Assembly: GCA_964270895.1 (NCBI GenBank)
Contig: OZ185442.1
DNA length: 64,000 bases
Source: Podarcis filfolensis
Lineage: Eukaryota
Direction: 5' to 3' (one strand)
A program made the position numbers and the translations under genes. Positions 62,354-64,000 of this stretch are shown piece by piece (the stretch's first letter is position 1; every line of letters begins with the position of its first letter). The notes under the pieces are model-generated. The model did no database searches and was not told the DNA's origin. It saw only the letters and a list, made by a program, of their open reading frames with translations.

Positions 62354-62699
62354 CAGTGGTGCCCCGCAAGACGAATGCCTTGCAAGACGGAAAACCCGCT
62401 AGACGAAAGGGTTTTCCGTTTTGGAGGTGCTTCGCAAAACGAATTTCCTATGGGCTTGCTTCGCAAGACGAAAATGTCTTGCGAGTTCCTGCAGGGTTTT
62501 TTTCCTCCCCCCCCCCCTTTTCCCCAAGCCGCTAAGCCGCTTAACAGCTGATCCGCTAAGCCGCTTAACAGCTGATCCACTAAGCCCGCTAAGCTGCTAA
62601 TAGCGCTAAGCCGCTAATTGGCTTGCTTCGCAAGACGAAAACACCGGAAGACGAAGAGACTCGCAGAACTGATTGTTTTCGTCTTGTGAGGCACCACTG
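62354..62699. mobile_element. Tc1/mariner MITE with internal 24-bp tandem duplication
   Basis: cagtggtgcc / ggcaccactg, TA TSD, repeated aagacgaa motifs; ccgctaagccgcttaacagctgat x2 from 62529. Confidence 0.88.
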
Positions 62700-62924
62700 T
62701 AATGAATATCCTTGGGTTAACCCACATGGGAGTGTGATGACCCCTTAAAGAATCTTGGAAATGGTAGTTTAGGGAGGCGGCTGATTATTACTGGCATCCC
62801 CTACTGTAGACTTCTAGTTCTGGGGAGTGAGAATGACTTAAACCAATTAAAATCTGTTTAGCCAATATGATCTTTAGTTGCCTCTGTCCAAGCCAGCATG
62901 CTTACTCCTTTCTGATGCTTCCAG

Positions 62925-63113
62925 GCTCGAGATAAGTGAAGGGTCTCCTCCAAAAATCTCTCCAGAGCCGGCTTCTACCCCCGAGGCAGAACCACCTACC
63001 CCCGAGGCAGAACCGCCTACCCCAGAGCCAGAACCAGAAGCTCCACCACCTCCTCCTCCTCCACCTCCACCACCTCCGAAACGTATGGCGGAATTTCATG
63101 TTGGGATCAATGG
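62925..63113 (+). CDS. GAPDHS: GAPDHS proline-rich exon and start of the NAD-binding domain; gene continues beyond the window
   Basis: LEISEGSPPKISPEP...P12-KRMAEFHVGING; acceptor ttccag|, donor AAT GG|gtaagg at the phase-2 GING intron conserved in vertebrate GAPDH genes; a Pro-rich extension is diagnostic of GAPDHS. Confidence 0.92.
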
Positions 63114-63354
63114 GTAAGGATTTTTCAAAAGAAGTATTTGCCTGCTGGTTTGTTTGTTGTAACACAGTATAATACAGTGGGCAGCTAGCTCAGTGAAGAA
63201 ACTGGCAGGAGTTCCTTACCAGGGATTGTTAGGAAAGGGATTGAAGATAAAACTGCCAACATCCTAGTGCTGTTAGAATAATCTGTGATGAGGCTGCACC
63301 GTACTGTGTACAGTTCTGCTTGCTGTACCTCAAAAAGGATATTGTAGAGATGGG

Positions 63355-63780
63355 AAAGGGCCACCAAAATAATATAGACTGGAACAACTCCCCTGTGAGG
63401 AAAGGTTACAAAATCTGGAGGGGTTTTTCAGTGTGGAAAAAAGGCAAGTAAGCAGAGGGACATGATGGAAATTATAAAATTATGCCTGGTGGGGGGGAAA
63501 GTGGATAGAGATAAGGTGTTTTTTTTTTAACCCTCTCTCATAATAACCAAACCCAGGAACATTTAATGAGCCTGAATGTTTGATGATTCAGGACAGATCA
63601 AAGGAAGTCATTCACACAGTACAATATGTGTCAATGCATAGTTATAAATTATGAAGCCTGCTGCCACAAAAATGTAATAATGGCCACCAATTTCAATGGG
63701 GATTTAGACTTAATTCATGGGCTAGAAAGCTATCGGTGGCTATTAGTCAGTGGTGCAGTCCATTACCTCCAATATTAAAG
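63355..63780 (+). mobile_element. Old CR1 LINE 3' fragment in GAPDHS intron
   Basis: Degenerate ggaaaggttaca...ggaaaaaaggca..gagggacatgatgga...gtggatagag CR1 ORF2 end. Confidence 0.65.
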
Positions 63781-64000
63781 GTGATAGGTCTCTGAATACC
63801 ATTTTCAGGGAGTTGGAAGGATTGGGTCATAATTATGATTTCCAAACTTTGTGCTTTCAAGGAATCTTTTTTCTACACTAGTTGTCTAGTTGAGGAGCTT
63901 CGTCCATGTCCACCACAGAACCCTTGCATGTTGCAGAGGATTTTTGGGCCTGTTCTTGGACAAGTGTGATCAAACATCAGGCTTGTTGGACCCACTACAA

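Noticed and set aside
1-64000. CRISPR array, rRNA, prokaryotic or viral systems
   Set aside because: Eukaryotic intron-exon DNA; no regularly spaced repeat-spacer array, rRNA motif or viral ORF seen.

Overview
64 kb of vertebrate genomic DNA from a squamate, most likely a lacertid lizard judging by the Sauria-type SINEs, CR1/L2/L1 remnants and abundant hAT and Tc1/mariner MITEs. It contains three recognisable genes. (1) FAM187B-like on the - strand: 2 exons, 392 aa, complete. (2) LSR (angulin-1) on the + strand, head-to-head with it: 10 coding exons, 584 aa, complete, all junctions GT-AG and phase-consistent. (3) The 5' end of GAPDHS on the + strand: an ATG exon, a proline-rich exon ending at the conserved GING phase-2 intron, and probably a CpG/TATA promoter about 5 kb upstream. 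The least explained region is 44.6-63.1 kb. There the human USF2-HAMP-MAG-CD22-FFAR-KRTDAP-DMKN-SBSN block is absent, the CpG island shows splice donors in both directions, and the GAPDHS leader holds an apparently duplicated Cys-motif start exon plus an internal ancestral Met. There is one 150-N assembly gap. No CRISPR array, rRNA or functional tRNA was seen. All calls were made by eye and from remembered protein sequences; no searches were run.
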